A DNA stretch of 59,259 nucleotides, filler included. It is 5 parts of 5 records of this genome, joined end to end, with 100 filler letters (N's around TTAATTAATTAA, not from the genome) between each part and the next. Parts side by side here need not be neighbours in the genome. Positions count along the whole stretch, not along the records: positions 9,164 to 23,713 come from SRR20825019_2427; 4 more parts are not named here. One strand, written 5' to 3'. Shown piece after piece: positions 9,739-19,887 of this stretch. The notes beneath the pieces were generated by a model, which worked only from the letters and a program-made list of their open reading frames with translations, did not search any database and was not told the DNA's origin. The translations under genes were made by a program, and so were the position numbers. Position 1 is the first letter of the stretch, and every line of letters begins with the position of its first letter.

Positions 9739-11112
9739 TCAGACGCGCTTGCAGTTGCGGTAGGAATAGCTGGGCGATTTGAAGGTCACCAGCTCTTCAG
9801 CGGCCGAGGGATGGAGGGCTATGGTGCGGTCGAAATCGGCCTTGCTGGCGCCCATGCTGACTGCGATGCCGACGAGCTGGATCATTTCGGCGGCTCCTGG
9901 ACCCAGAAGATGAACGCCGAGCACCTTGCCCTCATCCTTCTCGGTGATGAGCTTTATGACCATGCGCTCGGTCCGGTCCGAGAGGGTGTTCTGCATGGGA
10001 CGGAAGCGAGACACATAGACATCGACATCGCCATGGGTCGCGGCTTCCGCTTCGGTCAGACCGACCGTGCCAATTTCCGGCTCGGCAAAGACCGCGGTCG
10101 GGATCAAGGAATGATCGACCTTGAGCGGATTGTCATTGAATACGGTTTCGGCGAAGTACCAGCCTTCGCGAATGGCGACAGGGGTCAGCTGCGCGCGGTT
10201 GGTGACGTCTCCAACGGCATAGATCGAGGGCACCGAGGTCTGCGAATAATCGTCGACGGCAATGGCGCCGTGCTCGGTGAGATTGACACCTGCGGTTTCA
10301 AGGCCGAGCCCGTCGACATTGGGCCGGCGGCCAGTGGCGAACATGACAGCTCCATATGGGGCAGAGACGCCATCGCTGAAGGTGGCCGTGACGTCGTCGC
10401 CGGTTCTGGCCAGCGACTTGATGGTGGTCTGGTAGATGATGCGGATGCCGCGCTCGATGAGCCCGGCCTCAAGGCCACGCCGCATATCTTCGTCAAAGCC
10501 ACGCAGGATGCAGTCACCGCGATACATAATGGTGGTGTGGACGCCCAAGCCCGCGAAGATGGTGGCGAACTCCACCGCAATATAGCCCCCACCCTCGATG
10601 AGAATGGAGTGGGGCAGCTTGGGCAGATCAAACGCCTCGTTGGAGGTGATGCCGAACTCGGCGCCCGGAATATCGGGAACAAATGGCCGCGCGCCCGTGG
10701 CCACCAGCAGATATTTGGCGCTCAGCTCGCGCCCGTCGCGGATCAGGCGAATGCCATTGGGGCCCGTCACCTCTGCACGGTCGCGGATGATCTCGACACC
10801 GGGTTTTTCCAGATTGCTGGCATAAGCGTGTTCGAGCCGGGTGATTTCCTTTTCCTTGGCGGCAACGAGGGTCGGCCAATCGAAGCTGGCATCGACCTGC
10901 CAGCCAAAGCTCCCGGCAATGTCGAACTGGTCGCGGAACCGGGCGGCATAGACGTAGAGCTTCTTGGGCACGCAACCACGAATGACGCAGGTTCCGCCGA
11001 CGCGGAACTCTTCGACGATGGCCACCTTGGCGCCGTAAGTAGCAGCCATGCGTGCTGCACGCACGCCGCCTGAACCGGCACCAATGACGATCAGATCGTA
11101 GTCGAAATCCAT
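9739..11112 (-). CDS. gor: Glutathione-disulfide reductase
   Basis: GAGSGG FAD motif; GGTCVIRGCVPKK redox disulfide; HPSAAEE. Confidence 0.95.
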   Translation of the reverse strand: MDFDYDLIVIGAGSGGVRAARMAATYGAKVAIVEEFRVGGTCVIRGCVPKKLYVYAARFRDQFDIAGSFGWQVDASFDWPTLVAAKEKEITRLEHAYASNLEKPGVEIIRDRAEVTGPNGIRLIRDGRELSAKYLLVATGARPFVPDIPGAEFGITSNEAFDLPKLPHSILIEGGGYIAVEFATIFAGLGVHTTIMYRGDCILRGFDEDMRRGLEAGLIERGIRIIYQTTIKSLARTGDDVTATFSDGVSAPYGAVMFATGRRPNVDGLGLETAGVNLTEHGAIAVDDYSQTSVPSIYAVGDVTNRAQLTPVAIREGWYFAETVFNDNPLKVDHSLIPTAVFAEPEIGTVGLTEAEAATHGDVDVYVSRFRPMQNTLSDRTERMVIKLITEKDEGKVLGVHLLGPGAAEMIQLVGIAVSMGASKADFDRTIALHPSAAEELVTFKSPSYSYRNCKRV

Positions 11113-11195
11113 TTCAGTCCCCGCTCGGTTCGGCGCATGACATCATGCCGACCTTCTATCGTCTAATGCCGATGAATATAGTTCGGGCTTCGCAT

Positions 11196-11223
11196 AAAAA
11201 AAGACCCCGCACAAGGCGGGGTC
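11196..11223 (-). terminator. Rho-independent terminator after the DUF2059 gene
   Basis: Minus strand GACCCCGC-cttgt-GCGGGGTC followed by T7. Confidence 0.75.
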
Positions 11224-11245
11224 GGTGTCCGGCAAGGCCGGAGGA

Positions 11246-11773
11246 TCAGAGCTCGATACCCTGGTCGCGCAATTCGGCGCGCACCTTGGCGAAGAACTCG
11301 GTCCGCAGATTATTGGTATAGACCTGCAGGACGCGGCGAATATCTTCGTTGAGCTCAGCATTGGCGGTGGCGAGCTTCTGACCGACCGGCGACTCGTAGA
11401 AGGCCACGATTTCGGTCAGTTCCTCGATGCTGAAGTAGATCGCGTAAACGCGGGCAAACTGGTCGAGCAGATCACCCTTGCGCCCGTTATATTCCTTGAT
11501 GACCTCGCCAATCGCAGTGCTGGTCTGCTCCTGGATCTCCGGGTTCTGAGTGATGATCTGACGCATCGTATCAATGCCGACTTCGACCACGGTGGTCTCG
11601 AACACGGCGCCGCGATCGGTCAGGTCGATATATTTTCGCGCCATGGCAAGCTCTTCAGGCGCCACTTCCTGCGCGGCAGAGGGAACAACCGCACCAAAAG
11701 AGCCGGCAACCAGTGCAGCCAGTGCCATCATCCTGGCACCGCGTGCCCAGTTTTCAATATTCCACAATGCCAT
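11246..11773 (-). CDS. DUF2059 domain exported protein
   Basis: Signal peptide; FSIEELTEIVAFYESPVGQKL motif; conserved rpiA-DUF2059-gor order. Confidence 0.85.
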   Translation of the reverse strand: MALWNIENWARGARMMALAALVAGSFGAVVPSAAQEVAPEELAMARKYIDLTDRGAVFETTVVEVGIDTMRQIITQNPEIQEQTSTAIGEVIKEYNGRKGDLLDQFARVYAIYFSIEELTEIVAFYESPVGQKLATANAELNEDIRRVLQVYTNNLRTEFFAKVRAELRDQGIEL

Positions 11774-11793
11774 CTTGTCTCGTCCCACGCTGG

Positions 11794-12492
11794 TCAATTG
11801 CCCTTGAGAAGTGTTTCTACGCCATTCGGCGTTGCCACATAAGCCTTGCGGCACATTTTCAGGAACAGTCCATGCTGGACTACGCCCGGAATGTCCAGAA
11901 GCTCGTTTGACAGGGCTTCTGGCTGCGAAATGCGGCCAAAAAAAGCATCCAGGATGAGGTGGCCCCCATCTGTAAGGAAAGCTTCACCGTCATCGGACAC
12001 GCGCATTTTCAGCTCACCCTGGGCATGATGGTGCTTCATGATTGCCCCTATGGCGTGCCGGGTGGCGCCGAGACCGAAGCGGTTGACCTCGATGGGCAGC
12101 GGAAATCGGCCAAGCGCATCGACGATCTTGGAGCTGTCGGCAATCACGATCATTGCGTCGGAGGCGGCCGCCACGATCTTCTCGCGCAGCAGGGCTCCGC
12201 CGCCGCCCTTGATGAGGTTGAGAGCAGGATCGATTTCGTCAGCCCCGTCCACGGTGAGGTCGAGGCGGTCGAGCGTATCGAGATCGGACAAGGGAATGCC
12301 GCATTCGCGTGCCTGCCGGGCCGTGGCTTCAGAAGTTGGAACGCCGACAATGTCCAAACCCTGCGCCACGCGCGCTCCGAGCAGATCCACGAAGTGCCGC
12401 GCAGTCGAGCCAGTCCCCAGGCCCAGCTTCATGCCGGAGGTGATTTCGGCGACGGCCCGAGCCGCAGCCTCGCGCTTCAGCGCTTCGCTCAT
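11794..12492 (-). CDS. rpiA: Ribose-5-phosphate isomerase A
   Basis: GLGTGST, DGADE and [15 protein letters not shown] motifs. Confidence 0.97.
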   Translation of the reverse strand: MSEALKREAAARAVAEITSGMKLGLGTGSTARHFVDLLGARVAQGLDIVGVPTSEATARQARECGIPLSDLDTLDRLDLTVDGADEIDPALNLIKGGGGALLREKIVAAASDAMIVIADSSKIVDALGRFPLPIEVNRFGLGATRHAIGAIMKHHHAQGELKMRVSDDGEAFLTDGGHLILDAFFGRISQPEALSNELLDIPGVVQHGLFLKMCRKAYVATPNGVETLLKGN

Positions 12493-12741
12493 TGGTCAGT
12501 CCTTTCGCCAATTCGGGCGGGTTTGGCAGCGGCGCGCGGTTATTGTCAAGCATCCGAAAGTCGTGTGTTCACGGATTGGTGACTCGCAGGTGTAACCGAC
12601 TGGCAACACAATGTGGCCATGATAACGCATATGTGGCGGAAACTGGGCAGGTCCCTTTCGGCCCCGATCGAGACCAAGTAATTAGCGCAAATAGTCGCGG
12701 ACCCGAATCAGGGCGGCGTATTTGAGAGGCCAAGTGGAAGC

Positions 12742-13329
12742 ATGAGCATCACAAGAATTGTATTGGCGTTTGGCATGGCAGTTTTGCTGGCGGTCAGCAC
12801 CGTACTGCCGTCAAGCGCGGCCCTGTGGTACAATCCGGACACCAACAAGTTCGAGGAGCGTTCTGCCAGCGGCCGGACTGGCAGCAGCTCGATCCGCAAG
12901 CAGATGGTCAATTACGAGACCAATCACAAGCCCGGCACGATTGTAATCGAAACCGGCGAACGCCGCCTTTATCTGGTCCTCGAAGACGGCAAGGCCATGA
13001 AGTATGGCATTGGCGTGGGCCGCGACGGTTTCCGCTGGGCCGGCACCCACCGCATCACACGCAAGGCCGAGTGGCCCGGCTGGACGCCGCCGCCGGCCAT
13101 GCGCAAGCGCGTGCCCGATCTGCCGGCCTATATGCCTGGTGGTCCGGACAATCCGCTCGGCGCACGGGCACTCTATATTGGCTCGACGTTGTACCGCGTG
13201 CACGGTACATCCGAACCCTGGTCCATCGGCCAGGCAGTGTCCTCGGGCTGTATTCGCCTGACCAATGACGACGTGATCGATCTTTATGAACGTGTCCGGG
13301 TGGGCGCGCTGATCGTGGTCAATCACTGA
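12742..13329 (+). CDS. L,D-transpeptidase (YkuD family)
   Basis: Signal peptide; NPLGARALY; HGT...SSGCIRL catalytic His/Cys. Confidence 0.95.
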   Translation: MSITRIVLAFGMAVLLAVSTVLPSSAALWYNPDTNKFEERSASGRTGSSSIRKQMVNYETNHKPGTIVIETGERRLYLVLEDGKAMKYGIGVGRDGFRWAGTHRITRKAEWPGWTPPPAMRKRVPDLPAYMPGGPDNPLGARALYIGSTLYRVHGTSEPWSIGQAVSSGCIRLTNDDVIDLYERVRVGALIVVNH

Positions 13330-13349
13330 TCAAAACAAAGATTTCCGGG

Positions 13350-13381
13350 AAGAGCCGCCAAATTGGCGGCTCTTTTCTTTT
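13350..13381 (+). terminator. Rho-independent terminator
   Basis: AAGAGCCGCCA-aat-TGGCGGCTCTT followed by a T-rich tail. Confidence 0.85.
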
Positions 13382-13422
13382 GGGCGCTTTGCGTTGGCGC
13401 ATCAGAGAGATAAACTGCGGGC

Positions 13423-14436
13423 ATGACCGGTTCGCCCAATCCTCAGCGCCCTCTTGTCGACAGTTTCGGCCGGCGCATTTCCTATCTGCGTATCTCGGTG
13501 ACGGATCGCTGTGACTTCCGCTGTGTGTATTGCATGGCCGAAGACATGACCTTTCTGCCCAAGAAGGATGTGCTCAGCTTCGAGGAAGTCGAGGCCATTG
13601 CCGGTGCCTTCATTGCCCGCGGCACCACCAAGATCCGTCTGACCGGCGGCGAACCCCTGGTGCGGCGCGATATCATGGCGCTGGTGCGCACTCTCGGCGG
13701 CCGGATCGGCAATGGCCTGGACGAATTGACCATCACGACCAATGGCAGCCAGCTCCAGAAGCACGCAGAGGACCTGTTTGCAGCCGGGGTACAGCGCCTC
13801 AACGTGTCACTTGATACGCTGGATGCAGGGCGCTTTGCGCAGATCACAAGGCGTGGACGGCTTGGCGATGTGCTGGCCGGGATTGGCGCGGCCCAGGCAG
13901 CGGGTCTGGCCATCAAGATCAACATGGTGGCGATGCGCGGCGTCAATGACGACGAAATCGAGACCATGATGGACTGGGCACATGGCGGCGGCATGGGGCT
14001 GACGCTGATCGAGGGCATGCCCCTGGGTGAAGTCGGCATCGATCGGGTCGACACCTATCTCCCCTTGCGCGAACTGCATGACCGGCTGGCGCGCCGCTAT
14101 AGCTTTACAAAGCTGGACAAGCGCACGGGCGGGCCGGCACGTTATGTTCATGTCGCCGAGACCGGCGGGACGCTGGGCTTCATCACCCCGATGAGCCACA
14201 ATTTCTGCGAGAGCTGCAATCGGGTTCGGCTGACGGCGACCGGGCAACTCTACCTGTGCCTGGGGCAGGATGATCAGGTCAATTTGCGCGATGCCTGGCG
14301 CAATGGCGGCGCAGAGGCCCTCGATGCCGCGCTGGACCACGCCATGATGATCAAGCCAAAGGGGCATGATTTCGTGCTGGACCGGAGCCATGCGGAACCC
14401 GCCGTAGCGCGGCATATGAGCGTGACGGGTGGCTAA
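13423..14436 (+). CDS. moaA: GTP 3',8-cyclase MoaA
   Basis: [18 protein letters not shown] radical-SAM motif; C-terminal CESCNRVR...C cluster; terminal GG. Confidence 0.97.
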   Translation: MTGSPNPQRPLVDSFGRRISYLRISVTDRCDFRCVYCMAEDMTFLPKKDVLSFEEVEAIAGAFIARGTTKIRLTGGEPLVRRDIMALVRTLGGRIGNGLDELTITTNGSQLQKHAEDLFAAGVQRLNVSLDTLDAGRFAQITRRGRLGDVLAGIGAAQAAGLAIKINMVAMRGVNDDEIETMMDWAHGGGMGLTLIEGMPLGEVGIDRVDTYLPLRELHDRLARRYSFTKLDKRTGGPARYVHVAETGGTLGFITPMSHNFCESCNRVRLTATGQLYLCLGQDDQVNLRDAWRNGGAEALDAALDHAMMIKPKGHDFVLDRSHAEPAVARHMSVTGG

Positions 14437-15316
14437 ACCGGAATTTTCGGCGGCGGCGCTGGACCGGATTCTCGAAAGTGCATTCCCCTTCCGCGGACCA
14501 TTGCGTCAATTGAGCGACGGCGAGGAGTCACGGGCCTTCGCCTTTGATGCCGGGCAAGAGGCATTCGTCGTTCGCGTCAACACGACGGCGGAGGGCTTTG
14601 AGATGGACCGGCTGATCGGTGCTGCATTGTCAGACAGTGCAATACCAGTGCCGGACGTTGTGTTGCTCGCCCCCCTTGTGACCGGCAGCTTTGCCTGTGT
14701 TTCCCGGCGCCTGCCCGGTGACACGCTGCAAGCGCTGCCCAAAGGCGGCGCTTTCGAGTTTGGGAACGCCGTCGCACAGCTTCTTGACCGGCTCGCCGGG
14801 CTCGACAGGGCAAAAATGAACCGTCTGGTGGCGTCCCCGCTGATGACCGAGCAGGAAAGCTGGCCGGACTTTGTTGCAGCGGTGACGCGGCTGGACTGGG
14901 ACCAAGCCGACCCAGGCGCGCGCGGTTGTATCGATCATTGGACGGATTTTGTGTCGGGATGTGTCGACAAGCTGCCGCATCGCCGGGGGCTGGTGCATGG
15001 CGACTTCGGATCGAACAATGTGCTGGTGCAGCATGGCGTGATCAGCGGTGTGCTGGATTGGTCCGAAGCCAGGACCGGCGACCCGCTGTACGATGTGGCC
15101 AATATGCTGTTCTGGCGAAGCTGGCTAGACTGCATGGAGCAGCAATGCCGCTATTTCGAGCATCACGAAACCTGGCGGTTGGTCGAGCTGGAAATCTTGA
15201 CCTGCTACCAATTGCGGATCGGACTTGTGACGCTGCACGAGGCATTCGCCGATGGCGACAGGCGGCTCATTGACTGGGCCATGCGCCGCTGCTCGGAGAT
15301 CGCTGCCCTGACCTAG
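14429..15316 (+). CDS. Aminoglycoside phosphotransferase of the APH(4)/hygromycin B kinase type
   Basis: [28 protein letters not shown] and [17 protein letters not shown] closely parallel the recalled APH(4)-Ia (Hph) sequence; GTG start overlaps the moaA stop. Confidence 0.85.
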   Translation: MAKPEFSAAALDRILESAFPFRGPLRQLSDGEESRAFAFDAGQEAFVVRVNTTAEGFEMDRLIGAALSDSAIPVPDVVLLAPLVTGSFACVSRRLPGDTLQALPKGGAFEFGNAVAQLLDRLAGLDRAKMNRLVASPLMTEQESWPDFVAAVTRLDWDQADPGARGCIDHWTDFVSGCVDKLPHRRGLVHGDFGSNNVLVQHGVISGVLDWSEARTGDPLYDVANMLFWRSWLDCMEQQCRYFEHHETWRLVELEILTCYQLRIGLVTLHEAFADGDRRLIDWAMRRCSEIAALT

Positions 15317-15714
15317 CGTCCAGGTGCGCGCTCAATCAGTTCGACCAGCGCTCCGTCTGGATCCCGCACGAATGCCACGCGCTTGATCATCTCGCTGTTA
15401 TAGGCGGCACGCGGCCGCTCGGCGATCTCCACTCCCGCTTCTTCAAGCGTTTCGATCATGGCGTCCACATCGTCATAGGCCAGCGTGACGTGACGGAAGC
15501 CGGCCTCGGAATGGGGCACATCCCGAAATGGCCCGACTTCTGCGGCGGGTGCTGCGATTTCGAGCATACCGCCACCAGCATCGAGAAAAGCGAGTTCACC
15601 ACCAGCGGTGGTTCTGCGAAATTTCAGGCGCAGACCGAGCAGACCGCAATAAAAATCGATGGCGCGCTCCATGTTGCTTACGGTCATGCCGACATGTTCG
15701 AAACCGAGCAACAT
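15313..15714 (-). CDS. VOC/glyoxalase family protein
   Basis: FEHVGMTV...FYCGLLG, HVTL and FVRDPDGALVELIE motifs. Confidence 0.9.
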   Translation of the reverse strand: MLLGFEHVGMTVSNMERAIDFYCGLLGLRLKFRRTTAGGELAFLDAGGGMLEIAAPAAEVGPFRDVPHSEAGFRHVTLAYDDVDAMIETLEEAGVEIAERPRAAYNSEMIKRVAFVRDPDGALVELIERAPGR

Positions 15715-15724
15715 GGTTCAATGC

Positions 15725-16210
15725 CTATTTGTCATCGTCGGAGATGATAGCGAAATCGAGCGGCAGGGCCGTGGTGTATTTGATCTGTCCCATAGCGAAG
15801 GCAGAGCTGACATCGGTCAGATTGATCTTGCTGATCAGGCGCTTGTAGAAAGTGTCGTACGCGCCGATGTCGGGCACAACGACACGCATGAGATAGTCGA
15901 CATCGCCGCTCATGCGATAGAATTCAACGACTTCGGGGAATTCGTCGATCACGCCGGAGAATTTGCGCATCCAGGAATCGTTGTGTTCGTTGGTCTTGAC
16001 CGAGACGAAGACAGTGACCCCGACATTGACCTTGACCGGGTCGAGCACGGCCACGCGGCGCTGGATGATCCCGTCTTCTTCCATCTTCTGAATGCGGCGC
16101 CAGCAGGGGGTGGTGGAAAGCCCTACCTTTCGACCGATCTCGGCAACCGGCATGGTGGCGTCTCGTTGCAGAAGCGTGAGGATTTTCCGGTCGATCTTGT
16201 CCAATGCCAT
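15725..16210 (-). CDS. Lrp/AsnC family regulator (DecR/YbaO-like)
   Basis: LDKIDRKIL...VGLSTTPCWRRIQKME HTH; EFYRMSGDVDY. Confidence 0.93.
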   Translation of the reverse strand: MALDKIDRKILTLLQRDATMPVAEIGRKVGLSTTPCWRRIQKMEEDGIIQRRVAVLDPVKVNVGVTVFVSVKTNEHNDSWMRKFSGVIDEFPEVVEFYRMSGDVDYLMRVVVPDIGAYDTFYKRLISKINLTDVSSAFAMGQIKYTTALPLDFAIISDDDK

Positions 16211-16290
16211 CTCGATCTCTTGAAATCAGATTTCGCGTAGCCAGTAGAAATTGACCACCGGCGCCAACACAAGTGCCATAGTCACGGATG

Positions 16291-16311
16291 ACGCGCAATA
16301 TTATTGCGCGT
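16291..16311. promoter_or_regulatory. Perfect 21-bp palindrome in the lrp / histidine kinase divergent spacer
   Basis: ACGCGCAATA-T-TATTGCGCGT. Confidence 0.55.
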
Positions 16312-16507
16312 AGCAATCGAAGGATTGTCGCAGGACTATGTTAACTCTCTTGCGCGGTAACAGGCCAGAGCATTCTTGAACGATCCCGTTCCAAGTGCCT
16401 GGATGGACAGGAAATCGGCGGCGCGATTTCACGCCCTGTTAACCAAGGCGCCCCTAAGGTCTGATCGAGTGCGTCGCGAGCGCGTTTTTGTTCGCAGTAT
16501 CGAGTAA

Positions 16508-18040
16508 ATGAGTAAGTCTTCCATGTCGGTCCACGACGCCAGTGTCCGCGCACGCCCCGGACATGACGGCAAGCGTACAGCACAGAAAGCCGTGCTCGAA
16601 GCCCGTCAGCGGCTGACTTCGAGCTCCGGTACGCGCGCCGATTTCGACTTCGAACTCATGCATGACTATGCCGATTCCCGGATCGGCGCGGCGCTGCCCA
16701 TGGCCGCCATTGTCAGCATTCTGGCCATTGTCGCGAGCTTCTGGGTCCCCCTGATGGTGACAACCATCTGGGCGGGCCTCGTCATTTCGAGCCTCCTGGT
16801 GGTGGTGGTCACGGCGCGGCGGTTCAAGTCGGTCGAACTGCACAGATTCAATGCCGCGCGCTGGACCACCAGCTTTGTGGCGGCCGAGAGCCTGGGTGGG
16901 CTGGCGCTATCGCTGCTGGCCCTGTTCACCCTGGTGACGGACCCCGAGGCGCTGGCGCCGGTGATGTTCGCCATGGTGCTGGTCAGTATCGCCAGCAATG
17001 CCATTGCCACCCACACGCTGCCCCCAGCCACGCTGATGAGCACGCTGCCGGTGACGACGACGGTGTCGATCTCGCTGATCGCGCTGGGCGGCACGCTCAA
17101 TTACACGCTGGCCGCAGTGTCCATCTGTGGTGAGATCTTCTTTGTTTATCTCGCCCGGCAGCTGCACAATTCGGAACTGGAAACCATTACCCACCAGGCC
17201 GAGAAGGACACGCTGATCTACGAACTGGAAGAGGCGCGCAACATGTCGGACGAAGCGCGCCGGCATGCCGAGCAGGCCAATATCGCCAAGAGCCAGTTCC
17301 TGGCCACGATGAGCCATGAGCTGCGCACGCCGCTCAACGCCATTATCGGCTTTTCCGAAGTGCTCAAATCCGAATTGCTGGGCCCACATCAGGTGCCGCA
17401 ATACAAGGAATATGCCGGCGACATTCACGCCAGCGGGCAGCATCTGCTCAATCTGATCAACGAATTGCTCGATCTCAGCCGCATCGAGGCGGGCAAGTAT
17501 GAGCTCAATGAAGAGGTCGTGTCGCTAGTCGATATTGCCGACGACTGCCGCCGGATGATGGAGCTGCGCGCCAAGTCCAAGAATATCGAGCTGGTGTTCA
17601 GCGTGGGTGACAACCTGCCGCGGCTCTGGGGCGATGAACGCGCGATCCGGCAGGTGGTGCTGAACCTGCTCTCCAATGCAATCAAGTTCACCCCGCAGCA
17701 GGGTAAGATCGTTCTGGTGGTGCAGCGCAGTGGCGATGGCGGGCAGTTGATCTCGGTGAAGGATAACGGGCCGGGCATTCCCGAGAGCGAAATCGCGACC
17801 GTCCTGTCCTCATTCGGCCAGGGGTCGCTGGCGCAGAAGACCGCCGAACAGGGCGCTGGTCTGGGCCTGCCGATCGTGCAAAAGATCATGGACCTGCATC
17901 AGGGCCGGTTTGACCTGTTCTCCAAGCTGCGCTTTGGTACCGAGGTGATCGCCACCTTCCCGCGCGCCCGGGTGATGGATGCCCTTGCTCCGGTGGTGGA
18001 AAAGCGCAATCGGCTGGAAATCTATTCGGAAGCTGGCTGA
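16508..18040 (+). CDS. Membrane sensor histidine kinase (PleC/DivJ-like HisKA)
   Basis: About 5-6 TM segments; FLATMSHELRTPLNAIIGFSE H-box; NLLSNAIKFT, DNGPGI and GLGL boxes. Confidence 0.93.
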   Translation: MSKSSMSVHDASVRARPGHDGKRTAQKAVLEARQRLTSSSGTRADFDFELMHDYADSRIGAALPMAAIVSILAIVASFWVPLMVTTIWAGLVISSLLVVVVTARRFKSVELHRFNAARWTTSFVAAESLGGLALSLLALFTLVTDPEALAPVMFAMVLVSIASNAIATHTLPPATLMSTLPVTTTVSISLIALGGTLNYTLAAVSICGEIFFVYLARQLHNSELETITHQAEKDTLIYELEEARNMSDEARRHAEQANIAKSQFLATMSHELRTPLNAIIGFSEVLKSELLGPHQVPQYKEYAGDIHASGQHLLNLINELLDLSRIEAGKYELNEEVVSLVDIADDCRRMMELRAKSKNIELVFSVGDNLPRLWGDERAIRQVVLNLLSNAIKFTPQQGKIVLVVQRSGDGGQLISVKDNGPGIPESEIATVLSSFGQGSLAQKTAEQGAGLGLPIVQKIMDLHQGRFDLFSKLRFGTEVIATFPRARVMDALAPVVEKRNRLEIYSEAG

Positions 18041-18112
18041 AAAGAACCTAGCCGGTTGCTCGTGCCGAAATTTCGCCGTGATCACACTGAGGATCGCGTG
18101 TCTGGAGGCTCG

Positions 18113-18766
18113 ATGCTTATACGCCCATTCCTGATCGCTCTCGTGCTACTGGCAATGCCTCTGGCGGCAGGCGCGCAGCAATTGTCGCTGGCGGTCGATG
18201 ATCCACCTGCAGCAGAGGACGCAGCGGCGTTCGATACCAGCTACCGGCCCTCCCCCAGCATTTCGGCGCGGATGCAGCGGGAGTTTCTCTCTCGGATTCG
18301 ATGGTCCGCCGGCACGGAGGTGCGAGACAATCTGGCAGAGGCGTTTGCCGAGCGCAGTCCGACCGAAATCTGGCAAGAATTGGTGGCCCCGGACGGATTG
18401 ACCACCAACAACGTGGCCGACGCCTTGACCGCCTATTGGGTGCTGAACTGGGTTGCGGCCAATGGCGCCTATTCGGTCGAGGTCGACAGCCTCCCGGTTC
18501 AGCGGCAATTGCGCCAGGCCTTCGCCAATGATCCGAATTTTCTCAGGCTGAGCGACCAGCAGCGCCAGGAAATGGCCGAGGGTTATATCCTCAACTTCCT
18601 GGTCGAGCACGCTGCGCTCAATGCCGCTCTTGCACGAGAGGACATCGAGACGCTCTACTCGCTGGCCATGGCTGCGGTGTCGCGCTTCCACAACCAGATG
18701 AATGTCAATTTGCTCGACCTCGTCCCCGGACCCGATGGGTTCGAGGGGCAGTCGCCCGGTGACTAG
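18113..18766 (+). CDS. Secreted uncharacterised protein (DUF6683-like)
   Basis: GGAGG RBS; signal peptide; GLTTNNVADALTAYW motif; family name from recall. Confidence 0.6.
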   Translation: MLIRPFLIALVLLAMPLAAGAQQLSLAVDDPPAAEDAAAFDTSYRPSPSISARMQREFLSRIRWSAGTEVRDNLAEAFAERSPTEIWQELVAPDGLTTNNVADALTAYWVLNWVAANGAYSVEVDSLPVQRQLRQAFANDPNFLRLSDQQRQEMAEGYILNFLVEHAALNAALAREDIETLYSLAMAAVSRFHNQMNVNLLDLVPGPDGFEGQSPGD

Positions 18767-18802
18767 AACGCGTCACCGTTTCATTGGAACGCTGACGTCG
18801 CG

Positions 18803-19822
18803 CTAGGCAGACTTGCCGCTGACCGAGGCGCCTTCAAAGGTCGCCATGTTGTTGTGCAGGTGCAGGGCCGTCTTGGCCATGACCGCAGCCAAAGCTGCGC
18901 CGCTGCCCTCGCCCAGGCGCATGCCCAGATCGAGCAGGCCGGACTGTCCCAGCTTTGACAGCACCTGCGCATGGGCGCCTTCGGCCGAGACATGGGCGAA
19001 CAGGCAATGATTGATGGCGGCCGGATTGACGGCGTGAGCGACGGCCGCAGCCGCGGTAGCGACGTAGCCGTCAATGATGACCGGCACCTTTTGATGCCGC
19101 GCTGCGACCAGGGCGCCGAGCATGGCACAAATCTCGCGGCCACCGAGGCGGGCCAGAATGGCCAGAGGATGGTCGAGTTCTGCCTTGTGCAGCGCCAGGG
19201 CGCGGTCAACGGCGTCGGCCTTGCGCTTGAGGCCTTCATCGTCAACGCCAGTGCCCCGGCCAACCCAGTCGGCGCCGTTGCCACCATAGAGCGCGGCATA
19301 GATGGCCGCCGCGATCGTGGTATTGCCGATGCCCATTTCACCCAGGCAGATCAGGTCCGGTTTGCCCGCGACCGCTTCCATGCCATAGGCGATGGTGGCA
19401 GCACACATCTGGTCGTCCAGCGCAGGCTCCTTTGTGATGTCGCCGGTGGGCAGTTCCAGCGCCAACTCGAAAACCCGCAGATTGATTTCGTGTAGGCCGC
19501 AGATCTGTGAGATCGCTGCGCCGCCATCGGTGAAATTGGCGACCATCTGCGCGGTGACTTCGCGCGGGAAGGCGGATACGCCCTGGTCGGTGACACCGTG
19601 ATTACCGGCGAAGATGGTGACCATGGGATTATCGAGGCGCGGCTTGGAGCGGTGCTGCCATCGCGCCAGGAACTCCACCAGCCCTTCGAGCTGACCGAGC
19701 GAACCGGGCGGTTTGGTCAGCTGTGCGTCACGCTGCCGTACGGCGGCCACCGCATGCTCATCGCCATCGGGCACAGCCACGAGCAGTTCAACAATGTCGG
19801 CAAAGGCGGGGTTGAGTGGCAT
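18803..19822 (-). CDS. cobT: Nicotinate-nucleotide--dimethylbenzimidazole phosphoribosyltransferase
   Basis: LTKPPGSLG, GEMGIGNTT and MRLGEGSGA motifs. Confidence 0.96.
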   Translation of the reverse strand: MPLNPAFADIVELLVAVPDGDEHAVAAVRQRDAQLTKPPGSLGQLEGLVEFLARWQHRSKPRLDNPMVTIFAGNHGVTDQGVSAFPREVTAQMVANFTDGGAAISQICGLHEINLRVFELALELPTGDITKEPALDDQMCAATIAYGMEAVAGKPDLICLGEMGIGNTTIAAAIYAALYGGNGADWVGRGTGVDDEGLKRKADAVDRALALHKAELDHPLAILARLGGREICAMLGALVAARHQKVPVIIDGYVATAAAAVAHAVNPAAINHCLFAHVSAEGAHAQVLSKLGQSGLLDLGMRLGEGSGAALAAVMAKTALHLHNNMATFEGASVSGKSA

Positions 19823-19887
19823 GGCAGGTCCGGCGCGATATGGTAGGAAGGCGCGCGTCTTGTTGCCCATAACGGAGCGAAAAGCAA

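Noticed and set aside
9373-11073. 566-aa ORF antisense to gor and the DAHP synthase gene, and similar long antisense ORFs (3100-4569, 6958-8262, 39653-41023, 47117-48136)
   Set aside because: Shadow ORFs typical of high-GC coding DNA; no motifs, and the opposite strand carries clear conserved genes.
2257-14436. ModA-like protein plus moaA as a molybdenum system
   Set aside because: They lie on different contigs separated by an artificial spacer.
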